Positions 62,117 through 64,000 of a stretch of 64,000 nt of DNA are shown one piece after another. Each line of letters starts with the position of its first letter. The stretch's first letter is position 1. The position numbers were made by a program, and so were the translations under genes. The notes under the pieces are model-generated. The model had not been told where the DNA came from. It did no database searches and was given only the letters and a program-made list of their open reading frames with translations. This DNA comes from Eledone cirrhosa (lineage: Eukaryota), in contig OZ024742.1 in assembly GCA_964016885.1 (NCBI GenBank), forward strand, positions 239,072,001-239,136,000, given 5' to 3'.

Positions 62117-64000
62117 TTAGAAAGTGAGGTTTTTTTACAAAATGAAAAATAACCGAGGTGTCCTACACAAGTGAAAGTATAAAGAAAAAAAGATGAAATC
62201 GAAAATGCAACTGGAGTCTTATTTTTTTTTAAATATATATATTTATTTGGTTCCTTTACTGGTTTCGCAGTTCTTCTGCTTTTCAAAAGTAGAGTTGAGA
62301 TGGAGGGTCTGTGGTTTTTCTCACATCTGGTTGGTCTTTGAATGTTACTTGTTTTATATGGAAAAAAGTGGCTTGAAACGCCAGGTTTTTAGAGAAGTAA
62401 TTTGATTGGTTGGTCAATAAGCATAATGATTTTCGCACCAGTTCGCGTTACAAAGTTCTTCAAAAAGGGGGGGGGGCTCAGGTTGTTTTTTCATATATGA
62501 GTGTTTGAATTTCTTTTTACTTAAAAAAAAGGGGCTCACAAAGGCTTTTTTTTATAAATGTAATTTGATTGGTTATAAATGAAATTATGGCTGTCACGTG
62601 AACAAGTTCATTAAATTTCGCACCCGTATTTGGGAATTTATTTTGTAGCCTTTTAGAGAATTTTATGACAAACAAAAGATAATGGTCAAGAGAAATGGGA
62701 TGGGAGAATTGTTCTGGTTCAGTGAATATGGTTAGTTCGCTGGGGTGTCAGAATTCAGATTTTCTATTGAAATAAAGAAAGTAAAGATATGTATGTTTAT
62801 TTGTGTGCTTGTGTGTGTGTGTGTGTATAGGAAGATGATTCTATTAGTAGAAATGGGGGAGGGAGTTGTGTGTGTGTGTATATGGGTGTTATGTGTGTGT
62901 GGGAGTATGTTAAGATGGAGAGAATATATATATTTTGTGCGTGTGTATATGTGTGTAGGAAAGTGATTCTATTAGTAGAAATGGGGGAGGGAGTTGTGTG
63001 TGTGTGGGGGGGGGGGGGGGGTTATGTGTGTGTGGGAGTATGGTTAGCATGTTAAGATGAAGAGAATATATATTGTGTATGTGTGTGTGTGTATGTGTGT
63101 AGGAAAATGATTCCGTTAGTAGGAATATTTTTGAATGGACATATTTTCCTTACTTATTCGTATTTGTTCTGTTGTATTGTCAGCGCAAACGTATGTTAAG
63201 GTTTATTTAGTTCGGGTTTTTATTTTCTGAAGTAGAAGGTGTTATGTGTGTGTGTGTGTGTCTGTTTGGATGGTTAGCATGTTATGGTGTTGACATAATG
63301 TATATTAAACCATATTTAATGCTGGTCTATATTTTTGAATAAACATATTTTCCTTATTTATTCGTATTTGTTCTGTTGTATTGTCAGCGCAAAGGTAAAA
63401 TGGGAAGACTTGGAATTTGGGTGTCTTATTACTTGCGCATATGTCTAGATGTGCGCTTAGTGGTATCTGTCTCATAATTGTTGGATCTCGTAATTGTTGG
63501 CGATGAACTGTCATTCTGTTTCTGAGTGTGAGTTTAGTTTGTCCTATATAATTTTCATTGCATCCTTTACATTTAATGGCATAAATTAGATTTTTTGATG
63601 AGCAAGTGAAGTGATTTTTTACAGCAAAATTTTGTCCTGATTTAAATGTATACGTGTTGCCTTCAATGATGTGAGTGCAGGTTTCACATTAGAGCGACCA
63701 CATTTTTTGACAGTTGGTTGTGGGTTTGTGGTAGGTAATTTGGCATTGGTGAGTAATGTTTTCAGTGATTTCGGTTGTCTTTTGCTTTTGATTATTTTGT
63801 GTGTTTCAAGGGCTTTTTTCATTCTTGGGTCTTGTTTCAGTAGTGGGATGTTCTTGTGAATAGTGTTGTAAGCTTCCGCATTTCTTGGGTTCTGTGTTGA
63901 GATATATGATAGAATATTGGACGTACCTTGAATTTGTTTCTGTTTTTTTTAATTCATCAATGCCTATTGCTTTAGCCCTTTCTATTCCATTATTTATTAA
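62117..64000 (-). mobile_element. Penelope-like retroelement 3' part (GIY-YIG domain, ~125-bp internal repeats, pLTR with hammerhead at 62254-62289); continues beyond the window
   Basis: KRQPKSLKTLL..KKCGRS, SKNLIYAIKCKGCNENYIGQT, RMTVHRQQ..SAHLDIC..KENMFIQKYRPALN. Confidence 0.88.

Overview
This is eukaryotic, AT-rich, repeat-dense genomic DNA. The RTE LINEs with (GAT)n tails, Nin-type and tRNA-derived SINEs and long (TA)n tracts point to an octopod cephalopod (inference). Two host genes lie head-to-head with 486 bp between their ATGs. One is a single-exon glucosamine-6-phosphate deaminase (GNPDA, 6405-7217, minus). The other is a four-exon myotrophin/V-1 gene (MTPN, 7704-50546, plus, 118 aa) that the ORF track misses; its introns are about 28.6, 11.0 and 2.8 kb. 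The rest is mostly transposon-derived: RTE-clade LINEs, Penelope-like elements, Helitrons, piggyBac/Tc2/Merlin relics, MITEs, SINEs and microsatellites. Four things stand out. (1) About ten type-I hammerhead ribozyme motifs sit in Penelope pLTRs or short non-coding units between (TA)n tracts; several look structurally intact, with long stem II inserts, an extra base after A9 or a U3-A8 covariant. (2) A 46-copy 112-bp satellite with higher-order structure arose inside the 3' UTR of a young RTE LINE, itself nested in a piggyBac inside MTPN intron 2; the single-copy ancestral form is present in the window. (3) A candidate 6-nt microexon ends a 35-bp tandem repeat of splice-acceptor-like units. 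(4) LINEs and SINEs share and apparently exchange 3' modules. All RNA structures were folded by eye, and none of the functional claims has been tested.
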